Source of the DNA: Blastocystis sp. Blastoise
Lineage: Eukaryota > Protista > Bigyra: Opalinata
Length of the DNA stretch: 64,000 nt
Assembly: GCA_039096225.1 (NCBI GenBank)
Contig: JBBPEB010000014.1
Coordinates: forward strand, 1,860,001-1,924,000
Direction: 5' to 3'
A program made the position numbers and the translations under genes. The notes beneath the pieces are model-generated. The model searched no databases and was not told where the DNA came from. It saw nothing but the letters and a program-made list of their open reading frames with translations. Each line of letters starts with the position of its first letter. The stretch's first letter is position 1. Positions 39,406 to 52,992 of this stretch are shown in pieces.

Positions 39406-39911
39406 CTCCAATTGCTAGACCTGTATATCCTGTTATATAGAAACTATATATAATAATAAAACATATAATAATGATTCCTATAAATGATTATTATAAAAAG
39501 ATATTGATAATAATAATTAGTATTATTGTATATATACGTGACAATCAAAAGAATACTTCCTACAACCATTATAGCAAGTGATATATTTAAAATCATTTTT
39601 CGAGATAATTTATCTACAAGTGCCATAAATATAAATACTGTTAGTGTATTCCACACTCCGACTACTAATATATTCACCATCAATGCCTATATAAAAGAGT
39701 AATAGTATCAATTTTATTTGTTCAACTATTGAAATAGAAAGAATGATATATATTATATTATGTATATTATATATAGAAAACAGTGTTATTAATATTCTTC
39801 ATAATATGTTATTATAATTATATTTATAAATATACATTTTCTATTCCTGCCTCTGTAAGAATTTGTGGTGAATAATAAATAACTCCATTAATACCTATAT
39901 ATATATATATA

Positions 39912-39978
<67 letters not shown>

Positions 39979-40640
39979 TATATACCTGTGAATTGATTGA
40001 CAACAGCCAACATTAATGCAAAAAAGAGCCATTTCATATTCTTAAAATAAGTAAAATAATTTAAATATATATATATAATTTAGAAAAATGAAGAAAATTA
40101 AACAATAATTAAAACATTAATATTCTTATTAATATATACAGCAACTGAAAATAGACTTTGGACTGTCTCTTGTCTATAGAGTAAACAATATATAATCATT
40201 ATATGTATATTAATACGTATTATTAGCTTTTCTAGGAATATTTGAAGAAGAACTATGAGCTATATATATATATATATAATTAATACTATTGTTCTTATTA
40301 TAATTAAATGATAATATAATTTAAAAACATATATATATTTATTTTTAAATAATCTTGTTTTTCTAAAATAATATGTACATAAAAAAGAAGTAATTAAGAA
40401 ATATTTCAACAATTTACGTATAATAATACTAATAATAGTATATACGCATAACGTTAGGTATCCAGAATAAAGTGATTAGAAGAAGTATTCCAAAGATAGC
40501 TCCAAAAGCGAGTTGTATTCCATATTGCATAAATGTTAAGGGAGTACAGGAAGTAGTTGTAAATGCAGGAGTAAAGAAATAATTAAATACTTGCTATATA
40601 TGTATATATAATATGATTCTTATTGAGACTATTCTTATAT

Positions 40641-40674
<34 letters not shown>

Positions 40675-41508
40675 GAATACAACTCATAATAGAATATAAT
40701 AATAAGCTCATAACATTATATATACAGCAATACAAATAGAAGTACAAATAGCTATTTGTAACGTAGTAGCAACTTTTCCTTTAACCTCGTTTCCCACGGT
40801 TAAATTAGTATACATTGGACATAATGCAGAAATAAACCCGATTGCAATACCTATGAAGAATAATATAGAGTATTTTTATACATTAAATACTAGCAATAGT
40901 AATACTAGTATTATAATTCTGAATGAATCTTAATTTTATATATATATATATATATATACCCATAACTCCTCTAATAATTGTCATATACCAATAATTATCA
41001 TACATAATTAATGCTATAGGACACAATATGGATATAACAGCTAATACAAATAGAGGCTATATATATATAAAGAATGAGAATAATAAAAAAAATAAATAGA
41101 AATATCTTTATTAAAAATATATATAGAATATATACAATTTTCAAGCCAACTTTTCCAGCAAACCAGACAGCAATAGGTGATGAAAACATAGCAAATACTA
41201 ATATTAAAGAATTAAATAATCCCTAGGAAAAACAATGATATAAATGGCATTATTTCATTCATAATGTGATAAATAGTTCTAAATTTTTTATGAATGTTAT
41301 ATATATACTTGATAGAATGCTATGTCATTCTCAGATAAAGGACCATCAAAGAGATTACACTTAATGAGAGGATATGTGAGTCCTGCAACAATGCCTGTAT
41401 TATACCCTGATATAGCGCCAGCAAATATATTTATTAAGCCTAGATTTGTTTCAAATAAGAGAGAAGTTCATAGAACATACTTGCATGTAAAACAGATTTA
41501 TTAACCAT
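38651..41508 (-). CDS. MFS sugar porter (GLUT/Sugar_tr family), about 14 exons
   Basis: GYNTGIVAG; RGVMGIAIG...PMY; NQFT|GINGVIYYSPQI; LVDKLSRK; GFETGPGPLFYVMASQDFP. Confidence 0.92.
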
Positions 41509-41587
41509 TGTCAGTTAGTTGATAGACAATTAATATGTATTTTATTATAAAATAAGAAATAACAATAATAGAGATACATGATAATGA

Positions 41588-41618
41588 AATTCGTGTTTGT
41601 TAAAATGAAACACGAATT
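41588..41618. promoter_or_regulatory. Perfect 11-bp inverted repeat (AATTCGTGTTT-N9-AAACACGAATT) about 80 bp upstream of the sugar-porter ATG
   Basis: Seen directly; contains two CACGAA cores; a regulatory role is inferred. Confidence 0.45.
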
Positions 41619-42375
41619 CAGTTTGGCACGATACTCTTAGGGACATGACACTAATTTCAAAAAGAAAATTAAAGACTTTGAATTGAAAAAAGAAAAAGAA
41701 AATTTATTGTTATTTAATAATGTTTGCAAGTTAAAATAAATTGATAAAACAAAACAATAGGATGAATAACAACTACATATATAGATCAAAATATATAAGC
41801 ATATATAGAAAACATCAACAACTAAGAGAGAAAAAAAGAAAAGAAAAGACATATAGATTCAAAATTAACAATACTTAAAACAGAATCTAGAATGACATAT
41901 ATAGACACAAATAATAATCCAGAGAAACAGATAGAAAGAAAGATATTCGGCTTTTACATTATATAGACATTATACAAAATATACACTACAATAATAAAAA
42001 AGACACAAATATCAATTCAAAATATGTATTAAAAAATGATATAAATATATATATATACTAATTTTTTTTTAAATAAAAAAAAATACCAATATTAGAATAA
42101 AAGAATAGCTAAAAGAAATAAAATAATTTAAAAATTATTCAAATATAGATATTGTTTAATAATTATAATTAAAATAATATAAACGATAATCCATATAAAA
42201 TAAATTAATTTTTTTAATAAAGATAAATAATATGAAAAAGAATGAAAAATTGAAAAATTCTACTCTATCAAATAATTATATATATGAATAAAGAAAATAA
42301 ACTGTAGGCAACTGAATCTAATAATCACAGCAATAGAAACAATATATAGCAAAAAGGATAATTGAATAATTTACA

Positions 42376-42824
42376 TTATAACTGTTGATGAGCTAAACAT
42401 AAATTATACTCATTATCTTCACAATGTACTATATAAAATAGAATATTATTATCAATATAAATATAGATGAGAAAATATATAAAATTTTCAATAGATATAT
42501 AAATATATGTAGTATATATATATATATACCATATTGTAATGGAGCCATATCAGTTCTAGATAACTTTTGAAAAGGATAATGAAATATATAGATGAAGAAA
42601 TTATAATCATAATCAAAACGATTTTGTTTTAATTTATGTTTATCTGCATCACTTTGATGTACAGCAATTTCTATAGATTTACAATTATAGAGAATATTAT
42701 ATAGAGAATATTATATAGAAAATATTATATAGAAAATATTATATAGAAAATATTATATAGAAAATATTATATAGAGAATATTATATAGAGAATATTATAT
42801 AGAGAATATTATATATAGAATAAT

Positions 42825-42863
<39 letters not shown>

Positions 42864-44181
42864 GAGTATTGGTAATATCAATAACAGAAATAACATCAGG
42901 TTTGGAAACAGCATATTTAAATATATAACTATCTACATAATTACGACCAATAACAATCTTGGACATTTCATTATAATTAAATGTATGACGAGTAAATATA
43001 AAATAATCCATGCAGTTAGGTGAATGAGGGTTCACGTCACGTGTAATTAAACGTAAATATTCATCATAAGCATCTAAATCAGTTAAAGAAGAAGATAAAT
43101 CAATAGAAGTTATTTTTATATTATATCTTCTACCAATTAATAAGACCTATATATATATTATTATTATTATTATTATTATTATTAAATAAAAAATATAGAT
43201 TAAAAAAAATATATTAATAAAATAAATAAATCAATATATATACTCTTTTATGAAGTTTATGTTGTTCAATATTCACTAATGTTTGTTGAAGAATATCAAA
43301 TAAAACAGATTCTTGTAAAATATCTCCATTAACATATCCATAGAAATCACTATCGTAATGAGTTTCTAAATATTTCATCATAGAATGAAAATAAGGAACA
43401 TTATAACGATTAGATCTATATAGAAAATAATATAACATATAATAATAATAAAATAATAATACAAACATATAATAATAATAAAATAATAATATAAACATAT
43501 AATAATAATATAACATATAATAATATAAACATATATATATACTTGAATTGAGTAGAATAAGTAAGATTATAAGCTTCAACCATATTTATAATAGATTCTG
43601 AATCTGTGAAAATCACAAATTCACAATTATAATTTTGTTTAAAAAGATTAAAAGATTTTAAAGTATTTTCTTGAATTGTTTGTCTATTCTTATCATTAGT
43701 ATCGATCATAGTTGTACCGTAGACAAATAAATAATGAGATTCAGTTAAAAAGTCTTCTTCATAAGTAGCGTATAACTGAGAACGGAGATAACGTGGATGG
43801 ATATCATCAACTACATCATTATTTTCGGGGGATTCAAAAGAAAAGCTTTTTAAAAAAGAATAAGCTTTATTAAATGATTCTTCAGATGGAACAATTGAGT
43901 AAAGAATAGATGAATTTGATATTTTAGGAAGAGAATAAAGAGTTTGAGAAAACCGTGTATTGAGGTCGACTAAAGGAAAATAAAGTATATAACGTATAAA
44001 TTATACTATATATACCTTTATCTGATGGTCCATAGGAAGCTCTGATTGAGTAAAGGCACTATAAAGAATAAACAAGTAAAAATGAGAAAATGAAGCAATA
44101 TATATGAATATATACAAGTTGATAAACATTTAATACAAGATATGCACAGAACAAAGGAATAACAAATGTTCGTATCGACAT
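42376..44181 (-). CDS. Putative GT-A-fold glycosyltransferase-like protein (resembles the RAY1 N-terminal domain family)
   Basis: Signal anchor MSIRTFVIPLFCAYLVLNV; NRYNVPYFHSM; FYGYVNGDIL; LLIGRRYN; MDYFIF; IVIGRNYVDSYI; VIDITNT|QIAVHQ. Confidence 0.65.
42687..42815. repeat. Intronic 14-bp minisatellite ATAG(A/G)AATATTAT-type, about 9 copies
   Basis: Directly visible tandem units with AGAG/AGAA variants. Confidence 0.85.
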
Positions 44182-46109
44182 AATATAAAAGCAATAAGGA
44201 AAAAAGTAAATAAATATGAATGAAAAAATTAAATAAAACGAGTGATGCTAAAAAAGAAGCAATGTAAAAAAACTCCATAGTATTCTTGATTATTTAGTAA
44301 AACTTAGTAAAGAAATGAATGTAAATGGAGTCGACAATCTATCCATTCAAAACATGAGAAAGACAACAATGAACATTCGAAAGAATGTCAATTCAGTATA
44401 GGTCATCCATATAAGAATATATGATTGGACAATGATGGTAAGAGACTGACTTTGTCATTTAGTAGTTTGAATAAGCAAATCAAAATGTTCGATATTTTTT
44501 GTTACAATTCAAGCGAGGGGCTTCGTGAATTTTTTGAAAAAGATGAATTGTTGCGTCTTATTTTTGTTATTTTCACGATTAAACACGAATTTCAAATATT
44601 TAGTAGACACTATTAAAACACTACAAGCTGATGTGGACACTATTTTCTAAACTGACTTCCATTTTTTTAAATAAAACTTGAACAATGTTTGTTCTTCTTT
44701 TATTATTATTTAATCTATCTTTCTTTCTAATTACGGTCATCACTCATACATGTAAATATACTTTTTTTATATCTTTATGTCTTTCTTATTCAAAGCAACA
44801 ATTTTCATTCAGTAAACAAGGTAATTATAGGATTTCTGTTAAAGAACTTAAATATATACAGCTATTCACTTTGATCAAGTATTCTTCGCAAATAGAGTAT
44901 TAAATAATCTTCTTGAATCACAAGAAAAAACAACTTTAACAAGTGAATAGCTCTTATCTTTATCACAAAGTATCGTCTTAAATATAGAACACAGTCTAGA
45001 ATGTTAATAAATAATTTTTATTTTGAGTTTTATTTGTTAATGAAAAAATGAGCCTTGTTAAATATATATTTCTTCTATTTATCATGTGTATTCACACATA
45101 TGATTATTCTCTTGTTTTAAAGAATAAATAGAAAGATGATTTGATCAAGTTTAGAAACTGTAAAAATGAGAACATGTGTCTATAGTGACTGAAGAATACA
45201 CAACGTACATGAATGCAATGTAGAATGAAGATAACAGAGGTGGTATGGGGAAAAAATAATAAACTAGTAAATTAATAGAATCAATAAACAAATATCTTTG
45301 AACAATCTAAAATTTAATGTCTTTAGTAATTAATTTTTTGTTTTTGTAAAGAGCCATTTCTATTAATGAATAGCGAATATTGACGGTGTTTTATGTAAAG
45401 AAGCATCTATGTCCTCAGATTCTTATGATTATTCAGCAATTCATTTTATTTTTAAAAAAAAAATGATTTGTTAAAGTGTTTATTCAAAGGTAATAATTCT
45501 AACATAAAGGACTGTTCTTATAAGTGTCTATCATACTAGTTCATGTTGTTGATGTAAGTAATTTACAAATCAATGAGAAACACGTCAATTGATATAAAAT
45601 TTAATATAAATTGGTACTGGAATTATAAATTATAGAGTGCTTTATGTATGAATGAAAATAATTTATTTTTATCATATGACAAGAAAAATCAAATTGAAAA
45701 AAATAGGCAAAAAAAAAGATGAAGGATTTGAAGATGAAGGACAAGATGAGTTAATGAGATTCATATAAATAAATTATAGAATGACGCACAATTACATAAA
45801 CAATAGTAGAAAAAAGGCATTAAAGAATACATAGAAAATGAGACGAGAAGTGATCAGCTTAAATTATAGGGAAAGGGAATTAATCGAAGAATCACTGTAC
45901 AGAATTTGACTCATCTCAATAATTTGTTTTGCATTATTTCATTCCTTTCTTCTTAGGATACTTCGAAATAATATATTCTTTAATATAACATATCAAGTAA
46001 ATAGTATGTTTACATATATAAATATTTATTGAATACTGTCTTCGTGTTAAAATTTGAAATTTGGATTATCGATTAATTTTTTCTTTTATTATAGCCTGAT
46101 TATTCCAAA

Positions 46110-46993
46110 ATGAATGAAAATAAGGGAAATAATAATACATACTTTGGTGAATTTGATGAGCAGAATCAAGTATTTTTTTTTTCAAATGTTCTCATTTGAA
46201 TAAATATTATATTAGATATATATATGTTGTAATATATTATAACTTTTATAGAACTATCAAGCCTTTGATTTCTGGAAGCAGAATGATCCTCAACCAACTG
46301 AAGATATATCATTTAGACCTTTTTTCTTTGAATCTGATGAGAATAGAAATAGTGATAACACTACTGCTCATCCTGAGGCATCTACAGATATGTCTTTTGC
46401 TCAAAGATTTGTAGATAATTCAATGTATGGCATGAAGAATAATAATATGGGTCAAATAATGAATCAACCTAATAGTACAAGTCAAATTACTCCTCAACAA
46501 ACTTTTCCTATTCGTAATATGGATTCTATCAATACCAGTTTAGTTCCTGCTGAGAATAATGGAAGTGCATTTTTGAATCCTAATGGTCCTATTGATGCAA
46601 ATAGACCCAATTCTTATACTGTTCCTTTACAATATGTTCCTTTAGCTAATGGAGTACCTCAGCCTAATGTATCTTTCTTAGCTGCTAATAATAATGGTAT
46701 ACCTAAAACAATGCAACCTGTACTTATATCTAATGTTGGTTTATATAATCCTTCTTATACTCAAGAATTTCCAAATCCTATGAATACTCCTAATGTTAAT
46801 GTATATCCTGGACATGTATTTGCTCAAAATAATAATATGGGTATGAATAATGGAAATAATAATAATAAGAATTATAATAATAATCGTAATGGTAATAATT
46901 CTAATCATCAACAAAAAGGAAAGAGAGATTTTAATAAGAATAATAAGGTATGCTTTTTTTTTTTTTTTTTTTATTTTTATCTTCTTTTTTTTT

Positions 46994-47036
<43 letters not shown>

Positions 47037-47671
47037 ATTATAATTATTATATTATATAGAGACCCAACTTTATGAATGATAAGAAGGATAGTACAGATCA
47101 ACATGAAAGTAGTAATCCTATAGATATTAATTTATTAAATGAAGGAAAAGATCTTCGAACTACACTTATGATTCGTAATGTCCCTAATAGGTATATTATT
47201 ATTTTATTTATTTTATTATTATTATTGTTTTTTTTTATTATTATTGTTTTATATACATTATTATTAATATATTTATATAGTTTTTCTTCAGAGACTTTAT
47301 TAAAGATTATTGATGGATATGTAGAGAATAAATATGATTTCTTCTATTTACCTATGGATCAACGAACTGGATGTAATTTAGGTTATGCTTATATTAATAT
47401 GGTTGATATTCAAGCTGTTAAAGATATCTATAATAATTTCCATGATAAACATTGGCCTAATACGAAGAGTCAAAAGACTTGTGTTATTTGTTATGGTCGC
47501 ATTCAATCTACAGAAAATAACTTGACAGAATATTGTAAAGGATGGTCCGTAATGATTAGTCCTGAGAAATATAGACCAAAGTTTTTCCAAGCTAAGAAGA
47601 AGATTATAGATGGTAAGGAATCAACAGTAATGGAAGAATTTGTGCCTCCGATAAGTTATAATATGAAGTAA
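46110..47671 (+). CDS. Mei2-like RNA-binding protein (RRM_2/RRM3) with Asn/Gln/Pro-rich N-terminus
   Basis: DLRTTLMIRNVPNR|F...KYDFFYLPMDQRTGCNLGYAYINM...FHDKHWPNTKSQKTCVICYGRIQ, the Mei2 C-terminal RRM signature; 4 coding exons. Confidence 0.92.
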
Positions 47672-48788
47672 TCAATAATAAGGAGATATATATATATTAT
47701 ACATATATATATTATTATTTTATTGATAAGAATTGTATACCAATTTGTTTATTACAGCTCTTATTTCTATATATACTCAATGAAATAAAACTAATACTCA
47801 TTACTTTTATATATGTATATAATATATTATTCATTTATTTATCTGTCTCTACCTTAAATACTGTTTCATAATATCATATTACTTTTCATTTCTCCTTGTC
47901 TTTTTTGATTTACTTTTTTTTCATATGTTTAGCTATTCTTCTTTTGAACTTTTTCTTATTTTAATTATTTAGTTTATCACCAATCTATGCTATATATATA
48001 TATATATTTAGTCATTATATCTCTTTTGAATATGATTAGATTCATTTCTTCTCCTTTTCTAACTCTTTTTGTTTTTGACATTTTTTTTTATTTAAAAGAA
48101 AATTTTTTTTGTTTTTATTTTTATTTTTATTAATTTTATTTTAGGAGATTTAAAAAAGTTTTTATTTCTTTATGTTCATTTTGTTTTACATTATATTCTC
48201 CCATTTTTCTTAACTATTTTGATACATAAATTATAATTTCTTTTTCATTTTAAGAAAACTTAACTTTTTTTATTCTCTTTTCTTTTATTTTTTCTTTAAT
48301 TTATTATAAATTTTTTATGAAATCATTTTTAAACATATTATGTTGAGTTATATCTTACTATTCTATACAATATTCTCAATTATCGGAAAGAGAAAAACAT
48401 TTTTTTTTTATTTTTCAAAAAGAAACTATTCTTTATCATCTATTTAAAATATAGAAGTAGATATTTGACATTAAAGATCTCTAAAAAAACAAAAGTATCA
48501 AAGAAAATATTGCATCATTTTTTATTATAGTATTGTTTCTAAATATGAAGAAATCCACTCTTTTTCCTATATGAAAAAATGTAGTGGTTTGAATAGTGGA
48601 ACAAAAACTAGATTTGTCCAATAGATTGATGTATTTTAAAAGAACTCCGATTTTATTGGTAAATTAAATCAGGACGAAATCAACCAATAGAATGAATTCT
48701 TCTTTTTATGGTTGTTAGCAGTTGTCTATAAAGTAATTCCAAAATACATACTTTATTTATTTCTCTACTTTTATATATTTTTCTTAAA

Positions 48789-50183
48789 ATGATGAGTAAG
48801 CTCTTTATTTTTGCATTTTTCGTTGCTGTTGTTCTTTCTTGCGAAGCTGGTTTCGGTAGTCAAGATGATAAGTGTGTTCCTTGTACCGATGGTTACTATA
48901 GTCTTAATGATGTTTGTACTTATTGTAATGGTAAAGTCAACAGAGATCATACTTCCTGTGCTGAATGTGCTAGTGGTGAACGTTTTGTAAGTGGTTCTTG
49001 TGTATCTACCAGTTCTGTCTGTTCTGGAAATAGTGTACATTATGGTGATTCTGAAGCTCTTGCTTGTGATAAGGGATATTTTGGTGTTAAATCTAAGTCT
49101 TGTGTAAAACTTGATAATGGTGAATGGGGTATTAAATATTACAATAAGGGTTGTTTCTCTAATGTTAAGGAGAATGGAGGTATCCCTGCTGGTATGGCTG
49201 CTATTAATATAGTTATTCATACTCGTGGTTTACCTGCTTATGCTTTTACTCCTTCTGTTAAAGTTCATTTAATTTATGCTCTTGTTTCTCAATTCCCTTT
49301 TGCTATTGGTGATATTCAAATTGGTGCTGTTATATCAAAGAAAGTTTCTGTTACTTCTGCTCCTGAATGTGTTATATATATTCGTATTATTACTCAAGAA
49401 AATTTAGTTGAACACTTCACAGGTAGTGAAAGTGATTACTCCTTAATTGCTTCTCAATTAACTTTCTTCCTTATTAATTATTCTTCTTATACTTTCCATA
49501 GTCAATTTGTTGTCTATTTATATGAAGTTTCTAGTATTATTTCCTTTGCTTATGAATGTGCTCCTATTGCTGGTGTTACTGTAAGTGGTGAATCATATTA
49601 TCTTGGAGATGAAATTCGTTATGATTGCCCTGTATCTGAAGATGAAGAAGAAACTTCTTTCTTAGGTAAAGCTAGTCGTAAATGTATTCTTGGACCTGAT
49701 GGACCTGAATGGAGTTCTGAAAACTTAGCTAATTGTTATGCCTCTTCTTCTAAAGGAGATAATAATTATCATGTTAACCTTCTTGTCACAATTCATAAAC
49801 TTAATAGAAACCTTCTTTCTTGTAATCTTACTTTAGAATTATATCCTATCTTTGTAAATCTTGCTTCTACTCATCTAGATAATATGTATATCTATGATAT
49901 TCATGGTATTAGTGAAACTAGCGGTGATTATATGGGTGCTCTCTCTACTCAATTCCGTGTTGGATATTCTATTCGTAAAACAATTAAATATTATGAAAAT
50001 CCTAATATCTTAGCTGTTACTCATTTATGGAGTTTATTAGATACTGCTAATCATAGAGCCTTATCTTCTCAAAAATTAACTCAAGAATTTATTAAAGTTC
50101 ATGAATATCTTTTAGATGATATTATATTCTCTATTGATGAAGCTGAAAACACACAGATGAGTGAAGTCGAAGTACCCAATTAA
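48789..50183 (+). CDS. Intronless secreted Cys-rich protein (CxxC/furin-like repeats + Sushi/CCP-like module), 464 aa
   Basis: Signal peptide; CEAGF...CVPCTDGYYS...CAECASG; C...YYLGDEIRYDC...GKASRKC...PEWS...NC; strongly T-ending codon usage. Confidence 0.75.
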   Translation: MMSKLFIFAFFVAVVLSCEAGFGSQDDKCVPCTDGYYSLNDVCTYCNGKVNRDHTSCAECASGERFVSGSCVSTSSVCSGNSVHYGDSEALACDKGYFGVKSKSCVKLDNGEWGIKYYNKGCFSNVKENGGIPAGMAAINIVIHTRGLPAYAFTPSVKVHLIYALVSQFPFAIGDIQIGAVISKKVSVTSAPECVIYIRIITQENLVEHFTGSESDYSLIASQLTFFLINYSSYTFHSQFVVYLYEVSSIISFAYECAPIAGVTVSGESYYLGDEIRYDCPVSEDEEETSFLGKASRKCILGPDGPEWSSENLANCYASSSKGDNNYHVNLLVTIHKLNRNLLSCNLTLELYPIFVNLASTHLDNMYIYDIHGISETSGDYMGALSTQFRVGYSIRKTIKYYENPNILAVTHLWSLLDTANHRALSSQKLTQEFIKVHEYLLDDIIFSIDEAENTQMSEVEVPN

Positions 50184-51133
50184 ACTATTATTTTATATTA
50201 GTTAATTAATTATTATTATTTTTATTAATTATTTATGATGTATATTTTTTTTAACCTATTTCGTTTATATTAATTGTCTTTTTTTTTTTTTTTTTTTTTT
50301 TTTTTTGGAGTATTGTTCTGTCTATTTTTTTTCATTAATAATCAAAAAGTTTTATTGGTTATTCGTATTTATTTCTTTTTCTTTTTTTTTTTTTTAATAT
50401 ATATAATAAAATTATATTTTTTATTTTACATGTATATTAGCATATATATACCTTTTTTTATTATTTATCTATTTTTTTTCTTAACACTTTTATGTATCTT
50501 TTTTTTATAAGCTATTTTTTCTTTTTTTATTATACAGCAATATTTTTCTGATGGTCTAGAACATCTTATCTACCTTTTTTCATTTTATAAATGTATAATT
50601 ATACATACCTTTTTCATTAATCCATATCTTTCTTTTATTTTTTTTTTTTAGTTTATATTTATTATGATTTTTCAATTTATATTTTTTTTTTATCATGCAG
50701 TATCTTTATAATAAATAATACTTCCAGCAAAATGAGTTTTTTTTTTTTTTTTTTTAATAAAAAGTAGTTATGTTTCACTTGATAATATATTCTAAGAATA
50801 CTATTTGTGTAGAAATAAATTAACCGTAATTATTTCATGATTCCCGTGAAACAAATACGAGAAAGTTTTCTCGGGATGATGTCATACTTCTAAGAAAAGA
50901 CATCATTCAGTTTGAATAAAGACCCATAAAATGGAATCAGACCTATATCTTGTAATAATAATAAGGTATTCTATAGAAGATTCAGTTTTATTAGGATATA
51001 TAAAACAGAGAAGTACCTTGATTTAATTTAAAACAATCTATTTCCCTTCTAGAAGTACAAAGAGGACTAAGAAAGAGAATTGTAAAGTTGTATTGTTATT
51101 TTTTGTATTGTAGTTTCGTTTGTGTTATTAAGA

Positions 51134-52571
51134 ATGTCTGCCATCTTTGTTTTTGATGATTTCAGCAAGAATGCCAAGGGTATTGTTTTTATATAGTTTT
51201 ATAAAACAATTTCAATAATTATGTTCCTTTCATTATAGATATTATGAAAGATGAATATTCCACCGATAATAAAGTCACTGCTAAGATCAACTGTGGTAAA
51301 GCTGTATATATATATTGAATATATTATAGAAATGATTTGTTTATTTTTCGATGATTTTATAATTCACCTTTTATTCTTATTTAGAAAGTCACTGCTGAAT
51401 CTAAGGGAACCAGTGAAATGACTAATAAACTTCAAGTTGCTTATGAACCCATTAAACAAGTTAATTTAAAGAAGATTTCTCTTGATAACAAGGGTATTTT
51501 CGTTGCTGAAATTGATGTTCCTAAACTTCTTAAGAACACTACTTTCACTTACAGGTATTTTTATTTTTTAATATCAATTATTATTATTCTTATGCTTTTT
51601 TTATTGGAATCTATTATTCTTTTATGTATATATATATAGTAATTAATTATATCATATATATATATTACAGAGGTGAACATGATCTTGTTAATAAGAGTTC
51701 TAAGAAAGCTGAAGTTGGTTTCAAAGTTGTTACTCCTTCTGCTGCTACTGAATGTAACTTTGATGTTAATAAGAACTGTTACAAAGCTACTACTGTCTAT
51801 AATGTATATATATATTTATAATATTTATTTTTATTATTTATATATGTTTTTTTTTTTTATTAAGGTTATAAATATAATAATTATTATATTATTATTTAAT
51901 ATTATTTTTTTCTATTTTATTAAGGTTATAAATATAATAATTATTATATTATTATTTAATATTATTTTTTTTCTATTTTATCTAGACTAAATATGGTTTA
52001 GTTGGTCTGAAGGCGGTTGGTTGTCTTAAAGAAGAAAAAGCTTTAAAGACTATTGATGTTGCTTATCGTCGTGAATGTGGTAATTATGCTGTTGCTCTTG
52101 AAACTAATGAAATGTTTAAGAGTGCTTTTGCTTCTCTTTATTGTACTCCTTATTCTAATGTTAAAGTAGGTGCTACTGCTACTCTTCCTTTAAAGGATAC
52201 TAAGAAACCTTCTGTTGAATTTGGTGTTGCTGTTAAACCTAATCAAGATCAAGAATGGAGAGCTAAAGTTACTAATGATGGTAAAGTTACTGCTGTTTGG
52301 AAGAACTCCATTGAAGACAGAGTCACTGTTTCTGCTACTTGTCAAGTATATTTATTGAAATTATTATTTTTTTTTTTTTTTTTTTTAATTATTATTTTAT
52401 TAATTTTTTATCTTTTTCTCTATTATTATTATTATTTCTTAAATATTATTTTATTTATTACTATTATTTTTTAAATATCATACATATTCTATTATATATA
52501 TATAGCTTGATTCTAAGAATCTTACTTCTGGTAAACATACCGTTGCTGCTGCTGTTGAATTCAAATTCTAA
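51134..52571 (+). CDS. VDAC: Eukaryotic porin (VDAC-like), 6 exons
   Basis: N-helix FDDFSKNAKDIMKDEY; alternating beta strands; EWRAKVTNDGKV; C-terminal beta-signal HTVAAAVEFKF. Confidence 0.85.
51855..51975. repeat. Near-perfect 60-bp tandem duplication inside a VDAC intron
   Basis: TTTTATTAAGGTTATAAATATAATAATTATTATATTATTATTTAATATTATTTTTTT(T)CTA occurs twice. Confidence 0.9.
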
Positions 52572-52691
52572 AAACAATTATTTTTTTTCGTTTTATTAAC
52601 TAGATCAATTTATTTTACTAAAAAAATTCGTTGAGTTTGATTTATACATATTTATAAAATAAAAAAAAGATATAGAAATTATAATTTGATT

Positions 52692-52992
52692 TTAATTGAT
52701 ATTATTTGACAAACCTTGATACACTTTGACAATCTATTAAAAGCATTAATAAATATTTAATTAAAGTATATACCTCAAATATATTATCATTCACTGCACA
52801 TATATCAGGTCGAAGAGCTTCATATTCAGAACTAGATGCTTTTTGATTTTCTAATTGAGTAAGCTGATTCTCTATATTCTTTAGCAATTCTTCATTCTTA
52901 TTAAGAAGCGTTTCTGATTTAGAAAGATGATCTTTGAAATTTTGTGGTACTGAATCAAGTATATCCGAGCTATTTTTCTTTTCAAATGACAT
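52692..52992 (-). CDS. Small coiled-coil protein resembling ELF4/DUF1313 (or DUF3755/SSXT-like), 2 exons
   Basis: Intron at about 52734-52773 gives SETLLNKNEELLKNIEN...ICAVNDNIFE|IVKVYQGLSNNIN*, compared with ELF4 QSVLDRNRSLIQQVNDN...IQELNGNISKVVNMYSDL. Confidence 0.55.

Noticed and set aside
42687-42815. CRISPR-like or telomeric arrays
   Set aside because: Simple intronic minisatellite with no unique spacers and no telomeric G-rich motif.
48771-49220. 149-aa antisense ORF
   Set aside because: Shadow of the codon-biased 464-aa sense gene. The same applies to 21639-21842, 47378-47590 and 63145-63396.
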